A program made the translations under genes and the position numbers. Below the pieces are notes generated by a model. It did no database searches. It had not been told where the DNA came from and saw only the letters and a list, made by a program, of their open reading frames with translations. A DNA stretch of 64,000 nucleotides from contig CM069148.1 of NCBI GenBank assembly GCA_035221665.1, positions 44,206,001-44,270,000 on the forward strand, written 5' to 3'. Source of the DNA: Okamejei kenojei (Eukaryota). Positions within the stretch are counted from its first letter, which is position 1. Every line of letters starts with the position of its first letter. Below, piece by piece: positions 48,785-60,700 of the stretch.

Positions 48785-49364
48785 CTAGTGACAAGAAAAA
48801 ACTCAAGGCAGTGTAAACACACACAATAACCAGCAGGACCCAAAGAGGATCTATACTTGGGTGCATGCTGCCAGGATGGCTCTGTCTGGATATACTGTCC
48901 CACCCAGAGGGTTCACACTTCACAAGGTGCTTGCTGCCTGGATACAGAGACTCTCCTACAGGAAGTGCATGTTCTCTGGATACAATGCCCCTTCCCCAGC
49001 AGGTCCTGGACATCATGCTCTGGTGCGTGCTCTCTGGAGATACAAACTCACCTGCAGAAGGTTAGTTGCTGGATATAATGCATTTCCCCCAGTGGTTCCA
49101 CACAGTCTAGGTGTACCAATCCTAGCCACACACTTGCTGTCTCTGTTACACTGCATTCCTGTTGACCATCCCCTGACCCGTGTGCATGTACACCTACCCG
49201 AAAGACTGTGGACTCTCCTAAAAGTGCATGCTCTTTGGATATACAGCGGGGATACAAGTGCACAGCCTAATCCAGAGTCTGTACTCTCCATTGCAGGTGC
49301 ACAGTCTCCTGGTACACATGGTTACATACATGTTCTAAATGGTCTCAGGCCAAATGCAACTCAC

Positions 49365-49428
49365 CAAATGCTGAGCAGAGTGATATGAAGAGGAGGCACT
49401 TTAGTAAGCTGTGTTCCATGGCTCTCAT
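49365..49428 (-). CDS. CD59: CD59-like gene, first coding exon (signal peptide MRAMEHSLLKCLLFISLCSAF)
   Basis: Exon 49437-49365 with ttcttgccag| acceptor and |gtgagt donor; hydrophobic leader; phase 1. Confidence 0.85.
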
Positions 49429-50647
49429 GTTGTGCACCTGGCAAGAACAGATGTCATCCATTAGATTATGACAGTCCTCCGTGCTTGTGAAGTGTGTATA
49501 CTCCCCACTAATGAATAACAATGCAGGACCACCAGTGCTACCCGCTATCACAATGAGTACCACCATCCCATCCCTTCCCTTCCACAACCCACCCTCACTG
49601 CTGCAGTGGAAGAACTCGCTCTAGATCACAAAGACAGCTAACAATGCCAATTCTTCCCTTACCTTCCAATTAGCCTGGTCTATTACCATAGCCTGCAATT
49701 CCCCCGCCTTCAATGGACAGGGGCAGGAAGATCAGAGTCATGGTGAGGGTGGCATGAACAGTGCACAAGGTCATGGGGTTTGGGTTGTTGGTAGAGTGAA
49801 GCAAGAACAGCTTTAGTTCAAGGTGAGACCAACAAGGCCTTCACACAGTTTGGCCAGGACATGAAGAGCACACGCTGGAGTCGTCTTTGAGAAGGAACTT
49901 CCAATCACTGCGAATTACACAATCTGACATGAACTGCACGTACTGTGAGACAGAACAAAATTAACCCAAGGACACAACTTGTGCTTCCTGCGCAGAATTT
50001 TGTTTTGTGTAAAACAATAGACTTTACGTCAACAGACATAGGTTTGTTTGATTGATTAATTTAGAGATTGCAAAGAAGCTGAGTTTCTTCCCATCAAACA
50101 ACTGAAAATTGTTCAGACAAGTTGGGCAGTTAGTAGTCATATAAAAAAATAGCAGGATACAGCTTATATGTTTAAAAAGATTATAGGCTTTAGTCCTTAA
50201 TGCAACACATTCAATGTTTATAGAAGTCTGTAAATACAAAGTGGCATGATTAGATTTCCAAAGTTTAGAAGTGGCAGCATTAAAAGAACTGTATTACTTG
50301 GCACGCTATGACTGCATTAACCCCATCTGAAAGCGTGCAGCGCAAGTTCACAATGAAGGGGATGAAGTCCCCATAAAGTTTGCATGGAGAGGGGTGGGAA
50401 ATAAAGCAGCAGAGGAGAGAGGGGGCTTTCCTCTGCTGCCAGGCTGTCCTGCACACAGAACAGCATAAACACAATCTGGTCTATTGTTTCTCTGTCATCT
50501 CTCAGTCCTGGATTATCTTTGGGCACCAGCTGTGAACAATGCCTGCTCCCCAGGACCATCCCAGGGGGCAAAGCAAGTGACCACGTGGCATCAGGTAACA
50601 TTTATCAGAGTAGGACATCTGGGAAGGGAAAATACTCCAGTGGATAC

Positions 50648-50733
50648 ACAAAAAGCTGGAATAACTCAGTGGGACAGGCAGCATCTCTGGAGAGAAGGAA
50701 TGGGTGATGTTTTGGGTCGAGACCCTTCTTCAG
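50648..50733 (-). mobile_element. Penelope-derived hammerhead mini insert with degenerate ~16-bp TSD
   Basis: ATACTCCAGTGGATAC (50632) vs ATATTCCTGTGGACAC (50734). Confidence 0.75.
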
Positions 50734-51109
50734 ATATTCCTGTGGACACTATTATAGCTCACACAGGGAGATGATTGTTAGAGTTCAATCATCCCAGGGT
50801 TGGGAGATTGCTACCTTCACGTGGTCCGCCCTGTTTCGACGAATGCAATCAACCTGGTGTGCACAATGAAATAAGATCAAATAGAACAAGTTGTCCCATA
50901 CACAAGAAGATGATCCCAGTCTTGGGGCAGGAGCCCAGACCCACCCATCTTCAGCTGCTTCAACAATGACCTTTCATCCATCGGGTCAGAAGAAAAGTTC
51001 ACCGATTATTGCACAATAATCAATTCCACTCACAGCTCCTCAGAAAGCGATGCAGCCCTCCCTGCAGGCAGCAATGCCTGGACAACATGGGATGAAACTG
51101 CACAAGAAC

Positions 51110-51810
51110 GTAGGTACTATGATTAGTAAGTTTGCATACAAGCAAAATTGGTGTGGCAGACAATAAAGGAGGTCATCAGGTTATAATAGGATGAAGATTA
51201 ACTGAGAAAACACGACATGGGAATAGCACATTGAATTTAACTTGGAAAAGTGCAGAGCGATGCATTTTGGATACTTAAAGCAGGGCAGAACCTACACCGT
51301 GAATTGCAGGGCCCTAGAGAGCACTATAGAACAGAGAGCAATACATAGTTCCCCAAAAGTGGAACATGTAGACAGACAGGCTGGTAAAAATCATTTTACA
51401 AACTTGTCTTCGTTGTTTTTGTCGGGGAGTTTGTCGGGGCACTTAGCACAAGATTTGGGATCTCCTGTTGCAGCTGTATAAACACATCTGGAGTACTATT
51501 CTAGTTGCCATATTATAGGAAGGGTGTGATTAAACTGGAGAGGGTGAAAAAAAGATTCACAGGGGCGTTGCTCAAAATGGAGGGTTCAAGATATATGCCA
51601 GAGCCTTTTTCCCAGGATAGGGGAGTCTAAAACTAGAGGGTGTGGGTTTAGGGGGAGAGGGGAAAGATTTAAAGGAAGCTCCGGCAGCACATTTTAAACA
51701 CAATGGTACATATATGGGATAAACTGCCCAACTGTACCTCTCACGTTGGCACTTTGGTCAGCATGGCCAAATTGGGTAAAGAACCCATTTCCATGTTGTA
51801 CAATTCCATG
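51110..51810 (+). mobile_element. Old CR1 fragment
   Basis: ISKFA, KCRAMHFG and LEY remnants. Confidence 0.7.
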
Positions 51811-52405
51811 ACACTAAATGGCAAATATGTGTACCATTAAATTGCAAGGCAATAACCACTTCCATCGAGACCAAGTTTAACTACCCATCCTCATAATCAG
51901 TTGGCATTATCACTGCAAGTCATCCACCACCAACAGCCAGGGGGAGGGAGAATCTGGACCAGGCTCATACACACCATGTGTACAGGAGATGCTCTGAGGG
52001 CGAGCACCTTGAGGGGATTGAATCATAACCTGACATCATTGCAGGAGCAGGACTCATGCATGCAACGGCAAGCTTCCCGCTTAGTGCGCTTCAGGAAGCC
52101 CCGCACCGTCCAGGGAACACTCCTGGGGCAACCGTACAAACTCCCCGACACAAACACCGCCCACTGTCCCTCCCATCGACAGCACTGACGCCGCCGTCTC
52201 CCTCCTGTCCCGGGCCACTCCAACACCTGCTGGGGCAGCAGACACAGGTGGACGGACCTCCGGCGCCCCCACCTGCCCGCCCCGTGTCTCCTCACAGCCG
52301 GTGGATGCCCGCAGCCCCAGTGTGGGGAGTGGACCGAGCCGCAAGCGCCGGGCTCTCCCCTCTCTCCCTCAGCCGCACATCCCCGCCGGGCGCGCTCCCT
52401 CTCAC

Positions 52406-52478
52406 CGCTGCTGCCGCTCGTCCCTCAGTCAGTGTCGGACTGGCGGCGCCGACCCGAGCCCCAGGTGAAGCGCGGCCG
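52406..52478 (-). other. CD59: Probable non-coding first exon of CD59-like gene
   Basis: GC-rich segment ending in CG|GTGAGA donor directly downstream of the GC-box array; mammalian CD59 also has an untranslated exon 1. Confidence 0.55.
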
Positions 52479-53220
52479 GCCCCGCCCCCGGCACAGGCCC
52501 CGCCCCCGGCACAGGCCCCGCCCACCACGACATCATGCGGCCCCGCCCCGGCACAGGCCCCGCCCCCGGCACAGGCCCCGCCCACCACTACATCATGCGG
52601 CCCCGCCCCCGGCACAGGCCCCGCCCCCGGCACAGGCCCCGCCCCCGGCACAGGCCCCGCCCACCACTACATCATGCAGCCCCGCCCCGGCACGGCCCCG
52701 CCCCCGGCACAGGCCCCGCCCACCACTACATCATGCGGCCCCGCCCCGGCACGGCTCCGCCCCCGGCACAGGCCCCGCCCCGGCACAGGCCCCGCCCCCC
52801 GGCACCGGCCCCGCCCCCGGAACAGGCCCCGCCCCCGCACAGGCCCCGCCCCCGCACAGGCCCCGCCCCCGGCACAGGCCCCGCCCCGGCACAGGCCCCG
52901 CCCACCACTACATCATGCGGCCCGCCCCGGCACAGGCCCCGCCCACCACTAATCATGCGGCCCCGCCCCCGGAACAGCCCCGCCCACCACTACATCATGC
53001 GGCCCCGCCCCGGCACGGCCCCGCCCCCGGAACAGCCCCGCCCACCATTACATCATGCGGCCCCGCCCCCGGCACACGGCCCCGCCCACCACTACATCAT
53101 GCGGCCCCGCCCCTGCACGGCCCCGCCCCCGGAACAGCCCCGCCCGCCATTACATCATGCGGCCCCGCCCCCGCCCCGGCACAGGCCCCGACCACAATTA
53201 CCTCCTGCGGCCCCGCCCCC
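52478..53220. repeat. Compound GC-box minisatellite (~38 units of GGCCCCGCCCCCGGCACA and GGCCCCGCCCACCACTACATCATGC)
   Basis: Directly visible interleaving of ~18-nt and ~25-nt units. Confidence 0.95.
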
Positions 53221-53710
53221 TGTGCGTGGCCCCACGCACGCCTACGTTCACTGACCACGCCCACAGCGGCCCGGCCCCACAGTAACCCCACCCATAACGC
53301 GTCACATTAACCGGCCCCGTCCTCTCGCGCATCACGTGACCATACCCTTGCGGCCCCGCCCCTCCCCTGGTCACAACGCCACCTTCCGGTAACCGCGACA
53401 TCAACACCGACTCACACAACAGCGCCCCCTCGTGCTCTCCACTCGCACCACAGCCCACCACGCTCCCTCCGAGTGCGCCGGCGCCGCCCGGCTGTCGCTG
53501 GCAAAGGCACCAGAGGAGCAAGTGTCTTTGGTTGCTGGAGCTGCCGGTTTACCAGAGATCCCCCAGCTCCAGTAACCGACCCGGACCACTTACCCGGGTC
53601 GGTTAGGCCCTACTGGGAGCGGGAAGAGCCCAGAGCCCACACCGAGACTCTATACCTCACTCTGACCCAACATTGGACCAGACAGGACACTGCAGTAATA
53701 ATGTTAGTTA

Positions 53711-55545
53711 AACATAGGAAATAGGTGCATAAGTGCAAGTGAAATGAATTTGCCAGCAGCTGTACAATAAGAAAGAACACACAATGCACAATTAAAAAAA
53801 ATGAACACAAACATCCACCACAGCATTCATCACTGGTGGAAGGCACAAAATTTGGCCAGTCCTCCATTTCCCCCGTGGTCGGGACCTCGACCCTCCGCAG
53901 TCGCCGCTGCGGGCGTCCAGACATACAGGTAGGGTAAGTCCAGCTAAGTCCTGATGAGGTAAGTCCTGAATCAGTGCCTCCCCACCGGAGACCGCGGCTT
54001 CGAGATGGTGTAGGCTGCAGGCCAGCGGTCAAAGATTTAAAGTCCCCGTCGCAGCCAAAAGCACTGCAGACTTCAGGGCCGACGTCGGAGCTCCTCTCCA
54101 GGGATCCCCGACGAGGGACCCCGCTCCAGATGGTAAGTCCCCGCCGCGCCCGCGGTAAAAGTAGGCCTCGGACCGGCAGCCGGAGCTCTTCTCCCGGATC
54201 CCCAACGAGGGATCCCAGGCCGTGCCAGTGGAGCTCCTCGGACCGCAGCCTCAGGCTGCCGCGGGCCAGCGAGCGGAGCGCTCCCCTCCAGCGACCCCCG
54301 GCGAGGGCTCGCCCGCTCCGCCACGTGAGTCCGCGCTGCACCCGCTCTGTGGTGAGAGTCCGTCCTGCGCCCACAGCCAAAGCCCCGGGCGTGTCTCCGG
54401 GAAAGGCCACACCGATCCTCGATGTTAGGCCACGGGGAAACGGAAAAAGTCGCCTATCTGTGGAGGAGACGCCAAAACGGTTTGCCCCTTACCCCCCCAC
54501 ACTCCCCCACACAAGACACACCGAGAAACATTAAAAATATACATTGGGACATACTAAAAAACAAAAAAAGTAGAAAAAACACGCTGCTGGCATGGCTGCC
54601 GGCTTGCAGTGCCCCCACCGACCAATGCAGTACCCCGACAAATCAGTACCCTTTCTCCCCATATCCCTTATTTCCATTAGAGCTAAATCTAACTCTTGAA
54701 ACCATCCAGTGAATTGGCCTCCACTGCCTTCTGTGGCAGAGAATTCCACAGATTCACAACTCTCTGGGTCAAAAGGTTTTTCCTCATCTCAGTCCTAAAT
54801 GGCCTACCCCTTAATGTTAAACTGTGATCCCTGGTTCTGGACTCCCAAAATTGGGAACATTTTTCCTGCATCTAGCATGTCCAATCCCTTAAGAATGTTT
54901 GTATGTTTCTTAAAGATCCCCTCTCATCCTTCTAAATTCCAGTGAATATATGCCCAGTCACCCAATTATTTCATCATATGTCAGTCCCGCTATCCTGGGA
55001 ATTAACCTGGTGAACCTATGCTGCACTCCCTCAGTAGCAATAATGTCCTTCCTGAAATTAGGAGAACAAAGCTGTACACAATACTGCAGGTCTGGTCTCA
55101 CCAGGGCCCTGTACAACTGCAGTAGGACCTCCTTGATCCTAAACTCAAATCCTCTCCAATGAGGGCCAACTTAGTTTTCTTCACTGCCTGCTGTACCTGC
55201 ATGCTTACTTTCAGTGACTGATGTACAAGGACACCCAGGTCTCATTGCACCTCCACTTTTCCTAATCTGACCCATTCAGATAATAATCTGCCTTCCTGTT
55301 CTTGCCACCAAAGTGGATAACCTCAGGTTTATCCACATTATACTGTATCTGCTCACTCACCTACCCTATCCAAGTCACCCTGCAACCTCATAGCATCCTC
55401 CACACAGCTCAGACTGCCACCCAGCTTTATGTCATCCGCAAATTTGGACATGTTACTTTTAATTCCTTTGCCTAAATCATTAATATATATTGTAAATAAC
55501 TGGGGTCTTATCACTGAGCCTTGCAGCACCCCACAAGTCACTGTA
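53711..55545 (-). mobile_element. CR1 fragment interrupted by a GC-rich ~900-bp repeat (53730-54630)
   Basis: CR1 tail AAACATAGGAAATAGGTGCA at 53710; CR1 body resumes ~54640 up to GVLQGSVIRPQLFTIYINDL / SKFADD. Confidence 0.8.
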
Positions 55546-56037
55546 GTACTACACTACAGTACTACAGCAGGTTACTACAATATACACTCACTCTCCACTG
55601 CACTAATAATGTTGGTTAGTACAGTATTCACACACTCCCCACTGCAGCATCAATGACAGTTACTACAGTATTCACACACTCTACTGCTGTGATAATATTG
55701 GTTAACACAGTATTCACACGTTCCCCCTTGCAGTAATAGTGTTGGTTACTACAGTTTTCACACATTCCCCACTGCAGAAATAATGTTGGTTACTACAGTT
55801 TTCACATACTTCCCACTGCAGTAATAATATTAGTTACTACAGTATTTACACTCCCACTGCAGTAATATTGGGTACTACTGTATACACAATTTCCCCACTG
55901 CAGTAACAATGACATTTACTTTAGTATTCACACACACTACCACAGTGATAATATTGGTTACTACAGAATTCACATACTCTCTACTGCAGTAATAATGTTG
56001 GTACTACAGTATTCACACACTTCCCGCTGCAGTAATA
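55545..56037. repeat. ~44-bp minisatellite (CTACAGTATTCACACACTCCCCACTGCAGTAATAATGTTGGTTA)
   Basis: About 11 diverged tandem units; an orphan unit sits at 53687-53710. Confidence 0.9.
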
Positions 56038-56249
56038 AAGGCAGAGTTATGAATCCTCTCCCTTTTCGGAGATGGTGTAGCAGTTTCTTCTTCTGACAAA
56101 ATTTCACGTCTTTTTAAATCCTTAATAATTCCTATATTTACAGTGGACACTTTATAGAGGAGTCCAACTAAAGTGTCAGAAGAAGCATTGCAGGAGGGGT
56201 GGGTGAAGAATTGTTGGAAATTAGGAAACAAATACCCATGGTGGAGGTA

Positions 56250-56417
56250 GAAACAAGGATCTGCAGTTGCTGGCATATGAAAGAAAGACACAAAATGCTG
56301 GAGTAACTCAGCGGGTTAGGCAGCATCTCTGGAGAACATGGATAGGTGATGTTCAGGTCCCGACCCAAGATTCTGCCTGACTGGCTGAGTTACTGCAGAA
56401 TTTTGTGTCTGTTCTTC
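56250..56417. mobile_element. Penelope-like inverted insert
   Basis: Two opposed arms; TACCCATGG direct repeat at 56233 and 56418. Confidence 0.7.
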
Positions 56418-57383
56418 TACCCATGGAAGAGGGGTTGGTCAAGGAGAGTGAGTTTGGAGCGCAAGTGTGTAAATGTAGTGTGGTGTGAATTTGATCAGTG
56501 AGCTGTAGGCACAAGATGGCAGGGTTTTGGCAGCATTTGGCAGCTAGCATCACTCAGTAGGCTTGATCTTGACCTTGGATGCCATCAGTGTGGCGTTTCC
56601 ACATTCTCCTTACATATGACTGCGGGTTTCCCGCAGGTGCTCCGGTTAACTCCCACATCCTAAGACGCGCTTGCAGGTTAATTGTCCGCTGTAAACTACC
56701 TTTGGTGTAATGGGGGAATGGTAGCATCTGGGGAGAGTTGATGGGAATGTGGGGGAAATAAAGTGGGATCAATAGTTGGAGCAATTCAGCGGGTCAGGCA
56801 GCATCTCTAGAGAAAAGGAACAGGTGACGTTTTGGGTCAGAACCCTTCTTCAGGCTGAGGTTCCTTCCTACACAAAGTGGGATCAATGAAGGATTAGTTT
56901 AAATGAGTGGATGATGTTCAGTATGGACTCGATGTGCTGAAGGGCCTGACCTCTGTTACAAGACTCTATGATATAACAAGAATAAATGAGGCATGCTAAT
57001 CCTGATTGCAAACTTGATAAAGTGGCATTGAGCAGCAAAAAACAGCTCGTTTGCCAGTATTGATGAAAAATATTAACTGAATCCTGAACAGAGGTTCTGA
57101 CTGACAATTGAATATTTTAGAGAAGTGACAAGGAGGGTCGATGACCTAAGTGTAGTCCAGGCAAGGCCTTTGACACGTGGCCAGGAGAGAGGAACTGCAT
57201 CCAAATCTGTCTGAGTAACAGGAAGGGAAATGGTGGGCAGCTGATGCCAGAAAGCTGTAACCAGTGTGTTTACTGGGGCTCAATGCAGTCCCGTGCTCTT
57301 GATAAAACATATTCGTTGCTCAGCCCTTGATCTTGGGGCACGAGAAAGAACTTGCAAAAACAGGGGGTGTCAGTAGGGAAAGT

Positions 57384-57708
57384 TCATAAGCTATAGGAGC
57401 AGAATTAGAACATTCGACCCATCAAGTCTACTCCACCATGCAATCATGGTTGATCTATCTTTCCCTCTCAACACCATTTTCCTGCCATCTCCTCATAACC
57501 CCTGGCACCCTTACAAATCAAGAATCTGTCAATCTCTGCCTTTAAAAATATCCAATGACTTGGCCTCCACAGCCGATTGTGGCAATGAATTCCACAGATT
57601 CGCCACCCTCTGATTAAAGAAATGTCTCCTTATCACCTTTCCAAAGATACATCCTTTTATTCTGAGGCAAAGGCCTCTGGTCCTAGGCTCTCCCACTAAT
57701 GTAAACAT
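57384..57708 (-). mobile_element. CR1 3' fragment (host of the Gypsy element; resumes at 61852-61935)
   Basis: FFNQRVANLWNSLPQ peptide; sequence is continuous across the LTR element. Confidence 0.85.
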
Positions 57709-60700
57709 TGTAGTGAGACCAGGCAGGTAGAGCAAAATGTTCTTTATTAGCGAAACAACACTTGAACTACACGTGAAGTTGGTCAGGAATAAACGATCTA
57801 AGCTCCTGTTGTCATGAGGAGCACTAGCTACTGAACATACTGAAAAGCCCGCAAACGAACCCCTGGTCACGTGACAGTCCCGACCAATGACGAGGGTTCT
57901 GATTACACAGCTTCACCACTAGGTGCCGCTACATGACCCCCGCTCAGAACCAGAGGAAAGAAAACGAGTGGGAGTCCGAATAAGGCAGCCAGACCCCATG
58001 GACACAGGGAGAACAGGTGCAACAGGCAAAGGCAGGAGGGCCGGCGGATGACCTCTACGACGGGGCTGGGTCACCAACACTGGGCGGTCGATATCGAAGT
58101 GGGCTGGCTTAAGGCAGGCCACCGAAACGACCTCCTGTCGGCCCCCAACATCCAGAACGCAAGTCGCGATGCCGGGTTGCAACACCTGAAAGGACCCTCG
58201 TAAGGGCGCTGCAGCGGAGTCCGGTGCGAGTCCCTGCAAAGAAAAGCAAATTGGCAGTCCTTGAGGGCGGGCAGGACATGGGAAGGGGCAACTCCATGGT
58301 GAGAGGTCGGGACAGGGTCCAGCTTGCCCACTTGCTCAAGGGGGTGCGCCAGCACAGACGAAGGGGGTTCCTGCTGGCCCCGCGCCGCTGGAATAAAATC
58401 GACAGGTGCTTTAAGCACGGCGCCATAAACCAACTCGCCGGACAACGTGACCAAATCTACCTTAGGGGCCGTGCGGATCCCCAGCAAAAACCACGGCAAT
58501 TCATCCAACCAATCGGCACGTGAGCCATGCCTTCAAGGAGGACTTCTGGTGCCGGTGATAACGCTCTACCAGGCCGTTAGCCTGAGGATGATACGCCGTA
58601 GTGTGGTGCAGCTGAGCGCTGAGCACAGTGCAGAGGTAGACTGTTGGCGGGAACGCTGCAACGAGCCACCTAGTGGGCAGTGAGAGCTCGTGCACAAGTC
58701 GCGGCGGAGGTGTCAGGGAGCGCAACGGCCTCAGGCCACCGCGTGAAACGGTCCACAATGGTGAGCAGGTGGGTGACACCTCTGGACGGTGGTAGGGGAC
58801 CCAAAAAGTCGACATGGATGTTGTTGAATCGGTGCTGAGGGACGACAAAATCCTGCAGAGGTGCGCGCATGTGGCGCTGGACCTCAGAGGTTTGGCAGGG
58901 GATGCAAGCCCTGGCCCAGGCACCGACCTGCTTGCAGAGGCCATGCCAGACGAACGTGGCCGCCACCAATGCAATAGTTGCCCGGATAGAAGGGTATGGT
59001 AAGCCGTGGGCTGAATCGAAAATGCGCCGCCGCCAAACTGTAGGGACGATAGGTCGCGATTGCCCCGTGGAGACATCACAGAGGACAGTAACGCCCGTGG
59101 GCCCTAGTGGGACGTCCTCTAGTATCAAACCCGAAATGGCGGTGCGATAGGGAAGCGTCTCGTCCCCGTCCTGTTGCACAGCGGTCAGGCCAGAATAGTC
59201 AATTCCCAGAGCTAAAGTCAGAACGGCATTAATGGCAGGGTGAGATAAGGTGTCAGCGACCTGGTTATGTTTACCCACCACGTGCTGAATACAGGTGGTA
59301 AACTCCGATATGAAAGCCAAATGCCGTTGTTGGCGTGCTGACCAAGGATCGGACACTTTAGCAAAAGCAAACGTGAGGGGTTTGTGGTCGGTGAAGGCCG
59401 TGAAGGGTCTGCCCTCCTGGAAATGCCGGACAGCCAAGTAGAGCGCCAGGAGCTCACGGTCGAAGGTGCTGTAATTCCTCTCAGGGGGGCGCAGGGGTTG
59501 GCTGAAAAAGGCGAGTGGCTGCCAGCGTCCGTCAATGAATTGTTCGAGGACCCCCCCCCCAATGGCGGTGTCAGAAGCGCCAGCAGTGAGGGCAGTTGGG
59601 GCAGTGGCCCGCGGGTGAACGAGTATAGTGGCGTTGGCCAGCGCCTCCATGGTCCCGTCAAAGGCGGCTGTGGTTTCCGCATCCCACACGAGGTCCCGCT
59701 GTTTGCTTGACAAATACTGGAACAAAGGTCACATAACCTGGGCCGGCGCTGGGATAAAACAATGATAAAAATTAATCATGCCCTCAAACTCTAGGAGCCC
59801 TTTCATTGTGGCTGGCTGGGGAACTGCCGAATAGCCTCCACCTTGGCGGGGAGCGGGATTGCGCCCTTCTGGGTAACATGATGGCCGAGAAATCAAATTG
59901 AGTCGAGGCCAAACTGGCATTTGGCGGGATTAATAGCGAGGCCATGGTCCCTGAGGCTCTGGCACAGCAACTGGAGGTGCGCACAGTGCTCTAGGCGGGA
60001 GCGACTGGTGACCAGAATGTCATCGAGATAGACAAATGTCCATAAGCCGCTGAAAGGCCTGAGTGGCATTTTTGAGGCCAAACGGCATCCGCAGCCATTT
60101 GAAGAGCCCAAAGGGGTAATAATGGCGGTCTTAGGCACATCATCAGGGTGGACAGGGATCTGGTGGTACCCTCGCACCAGATCAATTTTAGAAAAATACT
60201 TAGTCACGTCCAAATGGGCCGTGAAATCCTGAATGTGCGGGATGGTGTAGCGGTCAGCAGTCGTGTTGTTTTTGAGGCAGCAATACCCTCCTCCATGCAC
60301 TGGAATTCCACCTTGGTAAGCCGCAGCTTGTCAGGCGGGAGCCTGCGCGCCCGTGCACAGAGCGGTGGTGGGGGTGTGGTGTACGGCGCCATGTCTGGGG
60401 TTGGCCGATTTAAACTGGGGGGTCAGGAATCCAGGGAATTCAGCCAGAATTTGAGCGTACGCGTCGTCCGCTTCGTCCGCGTCTGACACCAGTCGCGGTG
60501 TGGATTGGAAGGGACCGTAGGCCGCGACGATGCAGGCTGGAGGGTCTCGGAATGAATGAGACGTTGGCCCTTGACATCGACCAGCAGGGAGTAGGCCCAT
60601 AGGAAGTCGGCGCCTATCGATGGTTGTGAGACATCGGCGATGGTAAACAGCCACGTGAAATGGCGGGGGCCGAAAAGAAGGGGAACGGTCCGAATCCCAT

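Larger units (their letters stand above)
52150..53640. promoter_or_regulatory. CpG-island promoter region of CD59-like gene
   Basis: Very high GC/CpG content, GGGGCGGGG boxes, E-box TCACGTGA near 53332. Confidence 0.7.

Noticed and set aside
52056-53310. Long Pro/Arg/Ala-rich ORFs (239-298 aa)
   Set aside because: They are translations of the GC-box minisatellite; all frames are open because the units lack stops
53610-54534. 266-aa and 186-aa ORFs
   Set aside because: Low-information GC-rich frames inside a repeat nested in CR1; no domain motifs
52478-56037. CRISPR-like reading of the two tandem arrays
   Set aside because: No unique spacers, no cas genes, eukaryotic intron/exon context
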